Below are positions 27,864-40,309 of a stretch of 64,000 bases of DNA, one piece after another. The DNA comes from Macrostomum lignano (taxonomy: Eukaryota). Numbering within the stretch: position 1 is the first letter of the stretch; each line of letters starts with the position of its first letter. The stretch is taken from the NCBI GenBank assembly GCA_002269645.1, contig NIVC01000921.1, forward strand, positions 124,001-188,000, given 5' to 3'. Below the pieces are notes generated by a model that saw only the letters and a program-made list of their open reading frames with translations, searched no databases and was not told the origin of the DNA. Both the position numbers and the translations under genes were made by a program.

Positions 27864-27950
27864 GCCCCGACCAATTTTCATGCACAAGCCCCGAATGAAA
27901 GTGGCCGCTCGCGGAATCGAACCAGGGCCTGCGTGCGGCGCACTTTTAAA
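27864..27950 (-). mobile_element. Head half of a family-1-related SINE split by the gypsy insertion (other half at about 23440-23505)
   Basis: B box GGTTCGATTCC on the minus strand. AGCCCCGAATGAAAGTGG matches SINE-1 AGCCCCAAATAAATGTGG. 23441-23490 resembles SINE-1 5840-5890. Confidence 0.55.
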
Positions 27951-28294
27951 TACCTTGATTAATTTAACAAACTGGAGACTGCAAGCAAAGTTATAGATCT
28001 CATCTCTCCAATGTATTATTTTTCACCAGATCCATCAGTTATAAAAAACAAAAAATTCATTGCTAAACCAATTAATGAAAAATACAATTAACTATTTACA
28101 TGTACCAATAAACATGTAACTTTGGCAATTCGAAACTGGTTTATTTTAAATGCTAATCCCTGTCAGACAACAGACTTGTCAGCCTGTAAATGCTAGTAGC
28201 ACGGATGCCCGATCACGGGATGTTGAATTAAAAGGTAGCTGGAGTTGAATACGCCAGGTTATTCTCGAAGTATTCTCCACGGGATCTTCCAGGT

Positions 28295-28852
28295 TCAATA
28301 GGGAGATTCCCCAGGTTGCAGAGGGAGATTCCCCAGGTTGAAGAGGGAGATTCCCCAGGTTGAAGAGGGAGATTCCCCAGGTTGCAGAGGGAGATTCCCC
28401 AGGTTGAAGAGGGAGATTCCCCAGGTTGAAGAGGGAGATTCCGAAGAGGGAGATTCCCCAGGTTGAAGAGGGAGATTCCGAAGAGGGAGATTCCCCAGGT
28501 TGAAGAGGGAGATTCTCCAGATTCAAGAGGGAGATTCACCAGGTTGCAGAGGGAGATTCCCCAGGTTGCAGAGGGAGATTCCTCAGGTTGAAGAGGGAGA
28601 TTCCCCAGGTTGAAGAGGGAGATTCCGAAGAGGGAGATTCCCCAGGTTGAAGAGGGAGATTCTCCAGATTCAAGAGGGAGATTCACCAGGTTGCAGAGGG
28701 AGATTCCCCAGGTTGAAGAGGGAGATTCCTCATGTTGAAGAGGGAGATTCTCCAGATTCAAGAGGGAGATTCACCAGGTTGCAGAGGGAGATTCCCCAGG
28801 TTGCAGAGGGAGATTCCTCATGTTGAAGAGGGAGATTCCCCAGGTTGAAGAG
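28295..28852. repeat. 22-bp minisatellite (GAGGGAGATTCCCCAGGTTG[A/C]A)n
   Basis: Tandem units read directly. Confidence 0.93.
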
Positions 28853-28939
28853 GGGACTATTGAGAGGAGATTTCACGATGCTAGATCCCAGGTTTCCAAT
28901 CCAGATTGCAGCAGGTCTAGAAGGCCATGGCCGAATGGC

Positions 28940-31557
28940 TCAACCGGCCAGCAGGGCCGCTGCCCCGTTAGCCAGCTGGCTGGCCAGGGTGACGCGCCTC
29001 AGCACGGCCTCTCGCACGGGCCGGCCGGCTGGCAGGCGGTCGCCGAACTTCTGCATAAACTTGTCTGGATGCCACAGCACCCGCAGCTGCCGAAGCTCCG
29101 CCACCAAGCCTTCGGCGTCGCCCCCCACAGCCAGCCGAAGCCATCGCAGTGCGGCCTCCGGCCCAACGGCAGAGTCGATCAAAAACGGCGGCCAGGGCAC
29201 TTCGTCGACGCTGTCAATAACGGATTTGGATTGGAAGAATGCCAAATAGGAGTCCTTGTAACGCAGGTAGGCCTCGCATTCGGGGGCGGCCGATGGCGTG
29301 TCGGCCAGTTTCAACTGTTTGCACTGTCGCTGCTGCCGAGGTGGCGGCTGCTCCGGAAGCTCTGCCGCAGCCGCACGCTGCTGCCGCTGACGCTGCCGAC
29401 GCTCGGCGTACTCGCGGCCGATCCTATCGAACCAATCGTCCAGAGTTTCGAAAGTCCAAAATGCCTCCCCTTCGTCTTGGAAGAATCCGGCGCCATCGTT
29501 GTCATCGTCAGCGTCGTCGGCGGCGGCGTCGGCCAGTCGACGCTGCCAGATGATTGTTTCGCTGTTGTCGGCGTCGCGCTCGTCGATGTCGGCCGTCAGC
29601 GCGGCGTCCGCGGCGGCCGAAGTTGCCGCCTCCTGGTCGGCCAGACGGTCGAGCAGACGCTGGCAGGAGACGCCGGCAGAGTTGCAGAGCCGGAGCAGCT
29701 CAGCCCGCCGGCCGGGGCGCTGGCAGCCCAGCAGGTCGGAGAGCAGCCGGTCCGCGACTGCTCGGGGGAGGGAGTTGGTTAGCAAGCTGTTTGGTGGGCC
29801 AGTTAGTGTCTAGACTGGCAAGATATCAGAGATTAGATTAGAGTGGCAAGATATCAGAGACTAGATTATAATAGCTAGATGCCAGAGACTAGATTAGAGT
29901 AGCTAGATGCCAGAGACTAGATTAGAGTCGCTAGATGCCAGAGACTAGATTAGAGTAGCTAGATGCCAGAGACTAGATTAGAGTCGCTAGATGCCAGAGA
30001 CTAGATTAGAGTAGCTAGATGCCAGAGACTAGATTAGAGTCGCTAGCTAGATGCCAGAGACTAGATTAGAGTAGCTAGATGCCAGAGACTAGATTAGAGT
30101 CGCTAGCTAGATGTCAGAGACTAGATTAGAGTAGCTAGATGCCAGAGACTAGATTAGAGTCGCTAGCTAGATGCCAGAGACTAGATTAGAGTCGCTAGCT
30201 AGATGCCAGAGACTAGATTAGAGTAGCTAGATGCCAGAGACTAGATTAGAGTAGCTAGATGCCAGAGACTAGATTAGAGTAGCTAGATGCCAGAGACTAG
30301 ATTAGAGTAGCTAGATGCCAGAGACTAGATTAGAGTAGCTAGATGCCAGAGACTAGATTAGAGTCGCTAGATGCCAGAGACTAGATTAGAGTTGCTAGAT
30401 GCCAGAGACTATAGATTAGAGTCCAACACCATGCAGAAGAAAGTGACAGCAGAACTCACTGACAGGAGACTTGCCCGTCTGCAGGCAGTGGTACAGTATC
30501 AGGTGGACCGGCGTGTTTCCGTGAACGTCTTTGGCCTCCAAGCTGCAGCCGAGCTCCGCAAAGGTTCTAAGAGGGGCAATAGAAATTGCTTCGTCAAGTG
30601 AAGGACATTCAGTTTTTTTTTATCATGTAAGCTGTCATCTCTGACTCATCGCTCTCTTCTGATTCACAGTATCTAACTCATTTGTCTTCTCTGACCCATA
30701 AAATCTGACTCATTTGTCTTCTCTGACCCACAGTATGTGACTCATCTGTCTTCTCTGACCCATAAAATCTGACTCATCTATCTTCTCTGACCCATAGTAT
30801 GTGACTCATCTCTATCTTCTCCGACTTACAGTATGTGACTCATTTCTATGTTCTCTGACCCACAGTAGCTGAATCATCTTCTCTGACCCACAGCAGCTGA
30901 CTCATCTTCTCTGACCCACAGTAGCTGAATCATCTTCTCTGACCCACAGTAGCCGAATCATCTTCTCTGACCCACAGTAGCTGACTCATCTTCTCTGACC
31001 CACAGTAGCTGAATCATCTTCTCTGACCCACAGTAGCCGAATCATCTTCTCTGACCCACAGTAGCTGACTCATCTTCTCTGACCCACAGTAGCTGACTCA
31101 TCTTCTCTGACCCGCAGTATGTGAGTCATCTTCTCTGACCCACAGTATGTAAATCATCTCTCTTCTCTGACCCGCAGTAGCTGACTCATCTTCTCTGACC
31201 CGCAGTATGTGAGTCATCTTCTCTGACCCACAGTAGTTGACTCATCTTCTCTGACCCACCGCATTTGACTCTTGTGAACCATATAACCCAGTTTATTGAC
31301 GAACTTAATAAATTGTTTGCGGTTCCTTAATATCTCATTTCCGACTAATCTCGAAATTCGCACCTAATTAACCCGCCGTGGCCCTCAGCAGCGGCCAGAT
31401 GCAGGAGACTTCGCCCATTTTCGTCCCGATAATCTGGCACGTTGTCGGAGGCTGACCACTTCATCTTATCCAGACGCTTGGCGACACGCCGGAATCGACC
31501 CGACCGCGTGTACTTAGCCAGCTTGCGCAGGTGACAAGACTCTCTTTGTCGCTTCAT
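28940..31557 (-). CDS. NFKBIL1: NF-kappa-B inhibitor-like protein 1 (ankyrin repeats + C-terminal WHPDKF domain), 3 exons
   Basis: Exon 1 31557-31364 (ANK: DENGRSLLHLAAAEGH, GT donor). Exon 2 30566-~30460 (ANK: DVHGNTPVHL). Exon 3 ~29786-28940 (DEVPWP, RVLWHPDKFMQKF, RRVTLASQ). The exact exon 2/3 junction is unresolved. Confidence 0.82.
29812..30420. repeat. 28-bp intronic minisatellite (GACTAGATTAGAGT[A/C]GCTAGATGCCAGA)n
   Basis: Fills NFKBIL1 intron 2. Confidence 0.93.
30650..31258. repeat. ~28-bp intronic minisatellite (TCATCTTCTCTGACCCACAGTAGCTGA[C/A])n
   Basis: Fills NFKBIL1 intron 1. Confidence 0.9.
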
Positions 31558-31674
31558 CGTTCCGCTGGAGCAGAGCTCAACAGGGGTAGCGCTGCAACCG
31601 CGTACATGTACATAATATAGAGAATTATATACACATGGATAAGGGATTCTTCAATGCGTTTGATTAATCGAGGT

Positions 31675-32565
31675 TGGAAGGACATTCTCAAGGTTGAAGG
31701 AAGATTCTCAAGGTTGAAGGAAGATTCTCAAGGTTGCAGGGAGATTCTCAAGGTTGCAGGGAGATTCTCAAGGTTAAAGGGAGATTCTAAAGGTTGCAGG
31801 GGGATTCTTAAGGTTGAAGGAACATTCTCAAGGTTGCAGGGAGATTCTCAAGTTTGCAGGGAGATTCTAAAGGTTGCAGGGGGATTCTCAAGGTTGCAGG
31901 GGGATTCTCAAGTTTGCAGGGAGATTCTAAAGGTCGCAGGGGGATTCTCAAGGTTGCAGGGAGATTCTAAAGGTTGCAGGGAGATTCTCAAGTTTGCAGG
32001 GAGATTCTAAAGGTTGCAGGGGGATTCTCAAGGTTGCAGGGAGATTCTCAAGGTTGAAGGAAGATTCTCAAGGTTGCAGGGAGATTCTCAAGGTTGCAGG
32101 GAGATTCTCAAGGTTAAAGGGAGATTCTAAAGGTTGCAGGGGGATTCTTAAGGTTGAAGGAACATTCTCAAGGTTGCAGGGAGATTCTCAAGTTTGCAGG
32201 GAGATTCTAAAGGTTGCAGGGGGATTCTCAAGGTTGCAGGGGGATTCTCAAGTTTGCAGGGGATTCTCAAGGTTGCAGGGGATTCTCAAGTTTGCAGGGA
32301 GATTCTAAAGGTCGCAGGGGGATTCTCAAGGTTGCAGGGAGATTCTCAAGTTTGCAGGGAGATTCTAAAGGTTGCAGGGGGATTCTCAAGGTTGAAGGAA
32401 GATTCTCAAGGTTGCAGGGAGATTCTCAAGTTTGCAGGGAGATTCTCAAGGTTGCAGGGGGATTCTCAAGGTTGCAGGGAGATTCTCAAGGTTGAAGGAA
32501 GATTCTCGAGGTTGCAGGGAGATTCTCAAGTTTGCAGGGAGATTCTAAAGGTTGCAGGGAGATTT
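31675..32565. repeat. 21-bp minisatellite (GGGAGATTCTCAAGGTTGCAG)n
   Basis: Tandem units read directly. Confidence 0.93.
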
Positions 32566-33513
32566 TACAGGCTGAAGTTAGACAAAACGACACAATTGCA
32601 TCAAAATCTAGCAATTTCTTATTTCCGCAGAATGCAATACTACTATGGCTCAAATCTAATTCCATCAGTAATATTTACATAATTACAATAATTGTCCAAA
32701 TCAAAAAGACTAATTTAACAAAAAACAAGCCTTCGTTTCGCTACTGTTTTTCACTCGTTAACTTTGTGACTAGTTGATGCAGCAGTTTTTGTCTTATATA
32801 TATATATATATATATATGATAGGTATATTCACAAGTATATTTTTAATTTAAGAGTTGACCATGCCGAGCACATTATCGTTAAGTTTTAGGCTTTCATAGA
32901 TTAATTTCTATGGCAGGAGATTAACTAATAACTACACTGGGAGACAGGTGCAGAGGGTTTGAAAGGTTATATTTATCTTAAGCAATCAAATAACTACACT
33001 GTACTAGTACAGATACCCTTGTATTTAAAGCAGGTTTATGTGACAATCTCTATGTTATGCAGTCACGTGGCCCAAGGTTAATAAAACACAGATATAGTAA
33101 TAATAAGTAAAGCAATATAGAAATTCATAGTGTAACAGCGGTTATTTGAAAAATACCATGGTAAACATACGTAAGCAGAAGCGATATTGATTGCAAAGCG
33201 CGATATAAAACACAAACAAGAGAGAGATAGACAGACAGACAGACAATACAAAACACATACACAATGTGGCCAATAATGTACAACTGTTTAGGAGTGTGCT
33301 AGGGGCTAGGCTTATTTTACATAGCAAATAGGATTTTACTAAGCTATTGTCAAACCCTGATATATTCCGTTTAGAAAACATGAACAAGCCTATTGGTACA
33401 ATTTTACATATTTAGAGAAGTCTAATATCTAATAACAATTGATTACAACTTCCCTAATAGGCAGCAAGGAGAAGGATGGGAATGGGAAACTACGTTTCTC
33501 AGAAAAAGTTAAG

Positions 33514-33898
33514 GAGGCTGGTTTTCGCCGAAAAATACACTACGGAGATAGGAAGTCTTCAAATTTTCAGCACAAAAATTGTTATTGCTTTCAATAGGAG
33601 GCAAATCCAATGTTCATCTTTTGATATGTTGTGCCTTTCTTATTGCTCTATCGATATTCAGGAAGCTTTTCGTTTAGAAAATTAGGATTCTATGTTAAAT
33701 TTTCATTCGACACACATTCCCTGTACCTAAATCATAAAAAATGCATGGCACAACTTGGCTCTTTAGTTTTATGAATATAATCATTTCACAGATTTTATCA
33801 TTTCTGTTACACATATTGTCACACAATGAGATAAGAAGGATAAAATAGATAAATAGTCCCTATCTCCGTAGTGTATTTTTCGGTAAAAAACCAGCCTC
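33514..33898. mobile_element. MITE-like element with ~40-bp inverted repeats
   Basis: GAGGCTGGTTTTCGCCGAAAAATACACTACGGAGATAGG (33514-33552) and its near-perfect reverse complement at 33859-33898. No coding capacity. Confidence 0.6.
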
Positions 33899-33948
33899 TA
33901 TTTCTAATAAAAGTAGTTCCCCGCCCTTCTACTCGAGTTGTGCTTGAT

Positions 33949-34225
33949 GGCCAGATGTGCAACCGACAGCTCAGCCGCAGCTATTGCGCGGCGCATCTGA
34001 AGGCTGCGTACGGCTGTTCAGTCCAAGGACTGGGGGGTCGCCACACACCCCCTCAATTACCCAAGCTAGCTAATGCTGGCACCCATTTTACAGCTGGGTG
34101 AACTGAAACAATGCAAAGAGTTTAATGTCTTTCTCAAGGACACAAATTGTACCGATTGGGTCGAGAATCGAACCCCCGACCTTTCAGTCGCGACTCCGAC
34201 GCTCTAACCACTGGGCTACATCCCC
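33949..34225 (-). mobile_element. tRNA-derived CORE-type SINE (family 2), copy 2
   Basis: Colinear with 9988-10259. A and B boxes and the CORE-like block are present. Confidence 0.85.
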
Positions 34226-35145
34226 TTCTTATAGAAGTCTGACTGTGCTAAGGTTCAACCAGTCCCTGCCCTCCATAATAAGTCCAATCTAATTACCTAC
34301 ATGGTGGACCTGCCCGCTCTCCTTGACACCCGTGCAGTCGATGCAACACCGCAGCAAGATTGCGAAATATTCGACAAGGAAAATTCGATATAAATAAAAT
34401 GGCTGTACAGACGGATACACACGCACAGAACTAAAAAAACAATAAAAGACAAATCGATCTAATAACAACAACAATGCAATCCCATTCGATGCATTTGTAC
34501 AAGCTAGATAAATAAACCGATCAAGCGAACAAAGAAACAAACAACAATTTTGATTTATTTCGCCCGTCCTTAAACTTCAAACAGCCGGGTGAATGCTTAG
34601 TTGAGATCGGCTAGGACTATAAAACAGATTTAACCAAGTCACGCTGAGAATCTCTAATTAAAGAGATTTCGAAAATCAGTTGAAGAAGCGGATTGTGAAA
34701 CTTCAGAATAGTTAATGATTGAGGCCAAGGTTATACACAGAGCTCTCATCGAATTACTAGGCTGGCCAATTCAAAGCGGAAACAATATGGGACAGAACAC
34801 CATTAGACAAGCAGGCAAAAATGAAACAACAAACTGTAAGAGTAAACGCATGTCAGTATTATATAATATATAATAATAATTAAATATAAGCTACATTAGC
34901 GCACGAAAACAAGCATAGCTAATGAAGCTCTGCCAGCTCTCTGAGTCTTGGTTCCAAGCAATAACCAAGACCTACGCGCTTGCTGCACTGGGATAGGGAG
35001 ATCAATAAATGAAACACACGTAAGCAAACGTGCTAAGTTGCATATTGTTGGGCTAACCACTGAGACTAAATATGAAGACGGCACAGATGGGGATAAAAAA
35101 CAAAAAAAAACGCTTCAGTTAACTTGGGCGGTTCTCTAGAAGTAG

Positions 35146-36660
35146 GGATTTGAATTTGGGATTCTAAGCACTGCAGTTGGAATTCTAAGCACTGAAGTTG
35201 GGATTCTAAGCACTGAAGTTGGGATTCTAAGCACTGAAGTTGGGATTCTTCTAAGCACTGCAGTTGGGATTCTTCTAAGCACTGAAGTTGGGATTCTAAG
35301 CACTGAAGTTGGGATTCTAAGCACTGAAGTTGGGATTCTAAGCACTGAAGTTGGGATTCTAAGCACTGAAGTTGGGATTCTAAGCACTGAAGTTGGGATT
35401 CTAAGCACTGAAGTTGGGATTCTAAGCACCGAAGTTGGGATTCTAAGCACTGAAGTTGGGATTCTTCTAAGCACTGAAGTTGGGATTCTAAGCACTGAAG
35501 TTGGGATTCTAAGCACTGAAGTTGGGATTCTAAGCACTGAAGTTGGGATTCTAAGCACTGAAGTTGGGATTCTAAGCACTGAAGTTTGGATTCTAAGCAC
35601 TGAAGTTGGGATTCTAAGCACTGAAGTTGGGATTCTAAGCACTGAAGTTTGGATTCTAAGCACTGAAGTTGGGATTCTAAGCACTGAAGTTGGGATTCTT
35701 CTAAGCACTGAAGTTGGGATTCTAAGCACTGAAGTTGGGATTCTAAGCACTGAAGTTGGGATTCTAAGCACTGCAGTTGGGATTCTTCTAAGCACTGCAG
35801 TTGGGATTCTTCTAAGCACTGCAGTTGGGATTCTAAGCACTGAAGTTGGGATTCTAAGCACTGAAGTTGGGATTCTAAGCACTGAAGTTGGGATTCTTCT
35901 AAGCACTGCAGTTGGGATTCTTCTAAGCACTGCAGTTGGGATTCTTCTAAGCACTGAAGTTGGGATTCTTCTAAGCACTGAAGTTGGGATTCTAAGCACT
36001 GCAGTTGGGATTCTTCTAAGCACTGAAGTTGGGATTCTAAGCACTGAAGTTGGGATTCTTCTAAGCACTGAAGTTGGGATTCTAAGCACTGAAGTTGGGA
36101 TTCTAAGCACTGAAGTTGGGATTCTAAGCACTGCAGTTGGGATTCTTCTAAGCACTGCAGTTGGGATTCTTCTAAGCACTGCAGTTGGGATTCTAAGCAC
36201 TGAAGTTGGGATTCTAAGCACTGAAGTTGGGATTCTAAGCACTGCAGTTGGGATTCTTCTAAGCACTGCAGTTGGGATTCTTCTAAGCACTGCAGTTGGG
36301 ATTCTTCTAAGCACTGAAGTTGGGATTCTTCTAAGCACTGAAGTTGGGATTCTAAGCACTGCAGTTGGGATTCTTCTAAGCACTGAAGTTGGGATTCTAA
36401 GCACTGCAGTTGGGATTCTTCTAAGCACTGAAGTTGGGATTCTTCTAAGCACTGAAGTTGGGATTCTAAGCACTGCAGTTGGGATTCTTCTAAGCACTGA
36501 AGTTGGGATTCTTCTAAGCACTGAAGTTGGGATTCTTCTAAGCACTGAAGTTGGGATTCTAAGCACTGCAGTTGGGATTCTTCTAAGCACTGAAGTTGGG
36601 ATTCTAAGCACTGCAGTTGGAATTATAGGCTTTCAAGCTGAGATTCCAAGCACTGAAATT
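35146..36660. repeat. 21/24-bp minisatellite (GTTGGGATT[CTT]CTAAGCACTG[A/C]A)n
   Basis: Tandem units read directly. Confidence 0.95.
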
Positions 36661-36983
36661 GGGATTTTACGAGAGTAAACTTCTAATACAGAATTCTAGT
36701 AATTAAATATATATAATCAACCTTTTCCTTCAAGCTCAAGAAGACCTGTGGAGTTCACCCGAAGAAGCAATGCATTCTGCGCAAGCGAAAACAAATAAAT
36801 AAGACAATTCAGTAGCAAGGGCCAGATAGGACACAAAAAACTTAGGAGAGAAAGCCTGATGGGTTTATTAGAGAGCATCAGAAATCCAAGCACAAATGAT
36901 TCAACACTGGTCTATAAGAGCAAGAGAGGCGGAGCGCATAAAGCCGCAAGAGGCGACAAGGCCAACTGGGAGACACAGGTCAG

Positions 36984-39900
36984 TCAGGGTGCAGAGCCGC
37001 CCTCGCCACCGCCAGACTGATCGCCCCCGAAGCTCTTGGTCTTGGACAGCAGCATCTCCGCTATGAGGGTGTTGCGGGGGATTTTGCCAGTGCGCAGCTT
37101 GTCAGTCAGGTAGCATTCCAGCTTGAAGGCCAGGTACTTGATCTCCGGCAGTCTCAACAGAATCTTGCCAAATTTGTCCGCCTGCTGCGGCGAATTCTCC
37201 AGGATATAGTCCAACAGTGAGCAGCTGATTTTGAACTCAACAGTGCTTACAAAGTCCGCGTTGTGCTTTAGCATGATGTCTGCAGTGCGATTGGGGTAGG
37301 CGGATTGTGTTTGCTTCTGTCTGTCTGCCCTAGTGTCCACCTGTGTGTCTGTCTGCCTTAGTGTCTACCTGTGTGTCTGTCTGCCTTAGTGTCTACCTGT
37401 GTGTCTGTCTGCCCTAGTGTCTACCTGTGTGTCTGTCTGCCCTAGTGTCTACCTGTGTGTCTGTCTGCCTTAGTGTCTACCTGTGTGTCTGTCTGCCTTA
37501 GTGTCTACCTGTGTGTCTGTCTGCCTTAGTGTCTACCTGTGTGTCTGTCTGCCTTAGTGTCTACCTGTGTGTCTGTCTGCCTTAGTGTCTACCTGTGTGT
37601 CTGTCTGCCCTAGTGTCTACCTGTGTGTCTGTCTGCCTTAGTGTCTACCTGTGTGTCTGTCTGCCTTAGTGTCTACCTGTGTGTCTGTCTGCCTTAGTGT
37701 CTACCTGTGTGTCTGTCTGCCTTAGTGTCTACCTGTGTGTCTGTCTGCCTTAGTGTCGACCTGTGTGTCTGTCTGCCTTAGTGTCTACCTGTGTGTCTGT
37801 CTGCCTTAGTGTCTACCTGTGTGTCTGTCTGCCTTAGTGTCTACCTGTGTGTCTGGTTGCCTTAGTGTCTACCTGTGTGTCTGTTTGCCTTAGTGTCTAC
37901 CTGTGTGTCTGTCTGCCCTAGTGTCTACCTGTGTGTCTGTCTGCCCTAGTGTCTACCTGTGTGTCTGTCTGCCTTAGTGTCCACCTGTGTGTCTGTCTGC
38001 CTTAGTGTCTACCTGTGTGTCTGTCTGCCTTAGTGTCTACCTGTGTGTCTGTCTGCCTTAGTGTCTACCTGTGTGTCTGTCTGCCTTAGTGTCTACCTGT
38101 GTGTCTGGTTGCCTTAGTGTCTACCTGTGTGTCTGTCTGCCTAGTGTCCACCTGTGTGTCTGTCTGCCTTAGTGTCTACCTGTGTGTCTGTCTGCCCTAG
38201 TGTCTACCTGTGTGTCTGGTTGCCTTAGTGTCTACCTGTGTGTCTGTCTGCCTTAGTGTCTACCTGTGTGTCTGGTTGCCTTAGTGTCTACCTGTGTGTC
38301 TGTCTGCCCTAGTGTCTACCTGTGTGTCTGTCTGCCTTAGTGTCTACCTGTGTGTCTGGTTGCCTTAGTGTCTACCTGTGTGTCTGTCTGCCTTAGTGTC
38401 TACCTGTGTGTCTGTCTGCCTTAGTGTCTACCTGTGTGTCTGGTTGCCTTAGTGTCCACCTGTGTGTCTGTCTGCCTACCCACCAGTTACGAAACAGTTA
38501 AGCCCTTTATTCCCCGCAAACAGCAGCCAAGGCCGCTACACAGGCCATCCGTACCGTGCTTTCCCGCATTAAACATGAGCAGAAACTTGAGCGCGGCAAA
38601 CTCGCACTTGTCCAACCGCAGGCTCTGCACCCGCTCAATTAGATCCATCAGGCGCAGCTTGACCTCGGACAGGTCCAGCAGGTCGAGAATATCGGCGGAG
38701 TGGTTCAGCTGAGACGAGTACTGCAGTTGCATTGATGGCGGATAGAATTACAAAAACAATAATCTTGCCAGACATATACAATTCTACCCAACTTACCCAA
38801 CTCGATTCGATGCTGTCCTTTCTATTGTCGTGGACGCAGTGGTACAGGTATTCCAATAAGAGAATTTCTCCCCAGCTGCTATTCAGTAGCTGCATTTGGT
38901 CTTCAACCTGGAGTGAAAAAAACAAAAACGCTGATGGAAACACAGTAGAAATGAAGAGATGAAAGGAGAGAGGAAGGGAGAGGAAGAGAGACAAGAGATG
39001 AAGGTAGAAGGCAAGAGAGAGGAAGGGAGAGGAAGAGAGACAAGAGATGAAGGTAGAAGGCAAGAGAGAGGAAGGGAGAGGAAGAGAGACAAGAGATGAA
39101 GGTAGAAGGCAGAGGAGAGAGAGGAAGGGAGAGAGATGAAGGTAGAAGGCAGAGGAGAGAGAGGAAGGGAGAGGGGAGAGGAAGGGAGAGAGATGAAGGG
39201 AGAGGGGAGAGGGGAGATTAAGCGGGAGAAAGGAATGGAGGAATGGGAAGGGCAAGGGAGAGGAGGGAGGCCCGGAGTTGAGCTTTCCGAGTCTAACCAA
39301 CAGTCCAAAACAAACAAAATGGCAGAGTCCAGGAGTATGCAAAATAACTCACCGACACAACCTTGAAGTAATCGGCATTTCTAGCCCAGTCCACCAATGT
39401 GAACAGCGCCTGCTCCAAGAAGCAGCACAGGTTGTGAAAGAGGCTCTCAGGCTCTGTCAGATTGGGTATGAGTTGTTTTTCCACGAATTCGTTGATACTG
39501 TCCAGCTTCTTGCTCGCTTTAGCGTCGTAAGCCGTGATTCGCTCGATGATGACGCGGGTGGTTTCAACGCCGCCAGTCGACGAGGAAGCAGCCGCGGTCC
39601 CGGCTGAATCGACGCCGCTTAGCTGCGGATGCTGAGACACCGGCGGCATCTGCTGATGGTGCTGAAGCGGATGCTGCTGCTGCTGTTGTGGTTGGTGTTG
39701 CTGATGGTGCTGCTGGGACTGCTGATGATGATGCTGCTGCTGGTGGTGGTGCTGCTGTTGATGCCCCAGGTTGGGTAGCGCTAGAAGAGCCTGCGGCCCA
39801 ACGGCGCCCAGCGGTCCTGGCAGACGCGGCATCTGCTGGGCAGCGGCGGCCGCTGCCGCGGCCAGGTTGGGTTTTACATCGGCGGGCCCGCTAGCTGGGA

Positions 39901-40309
39901 AGAAGGCCGCGGCGGCAGCGGCTGCGGCGGCGGATCCGCCACCCTGGAGGGCGGCCTGCTGCGCCTCCCAAGACTGCTGCGAGCCGGGGAAACCTGCGGC
40001 GGCGGCAGCGGCGGCGGCGGCTGCCGCGGCGGCGGATGAGACGGAAGCGCCACCTGCGCCACCGCCGCCATGGTGGTGCCCGCCAGCCTGGCTAAGCGCC
40101 GGATGGGCGGCGGTGAGTCCGGGGAACATCGCCTGGGAACCAAAGGGCGCGCCGTGCGGCCCGTGCTGATTGGCTGAGCCAGCAGACGGCGGCGGCGGCT
40201 GCGGCTGATGATGATGAGGCGGATGAGGATGCTGAGGAGGCCCGGTGCTGAAGCCGAGCATGTGATTCCGATTGTCCATGAGCGCGCCCGGCTCAGATTT
40301 AAAGTTCAT
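36984..40309 (-). CDS. NR5A: NR5A/FTZ-F1-type nuclear receptor, hinge + ligand-binding domain (no DBD exon found in the window)
   Basis: Exons 40309-39353, 38907-38797, 38720-38564/38555 and 37279-36984 splice in frame. Motifs LEQALFTLVDWARNADYFK, EDQMQLLNSSWGEILLL, EFAALKFLLMF, DKFGKILLRLPEI and AF-2 TLIAEML match the NR5A LBD. Confidence 0.87.
37318..38478. repeat. 28-bp intronic minisatellite (GTGTCTACCTGTGTGTCTGTCTGCC[T/C]TA)n
   Basis: Fills the last intron of the NR5A-like gene. Confidence 0.95.
38965..39230. repeat. GA-rich intronic repeat
   Basis: Repeated GAGAGAGGAAGGGAGAGGAAGAGAGACAAGAGATGAAGGTAGAAGGCA-like blocks. Confidence 0.8.
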
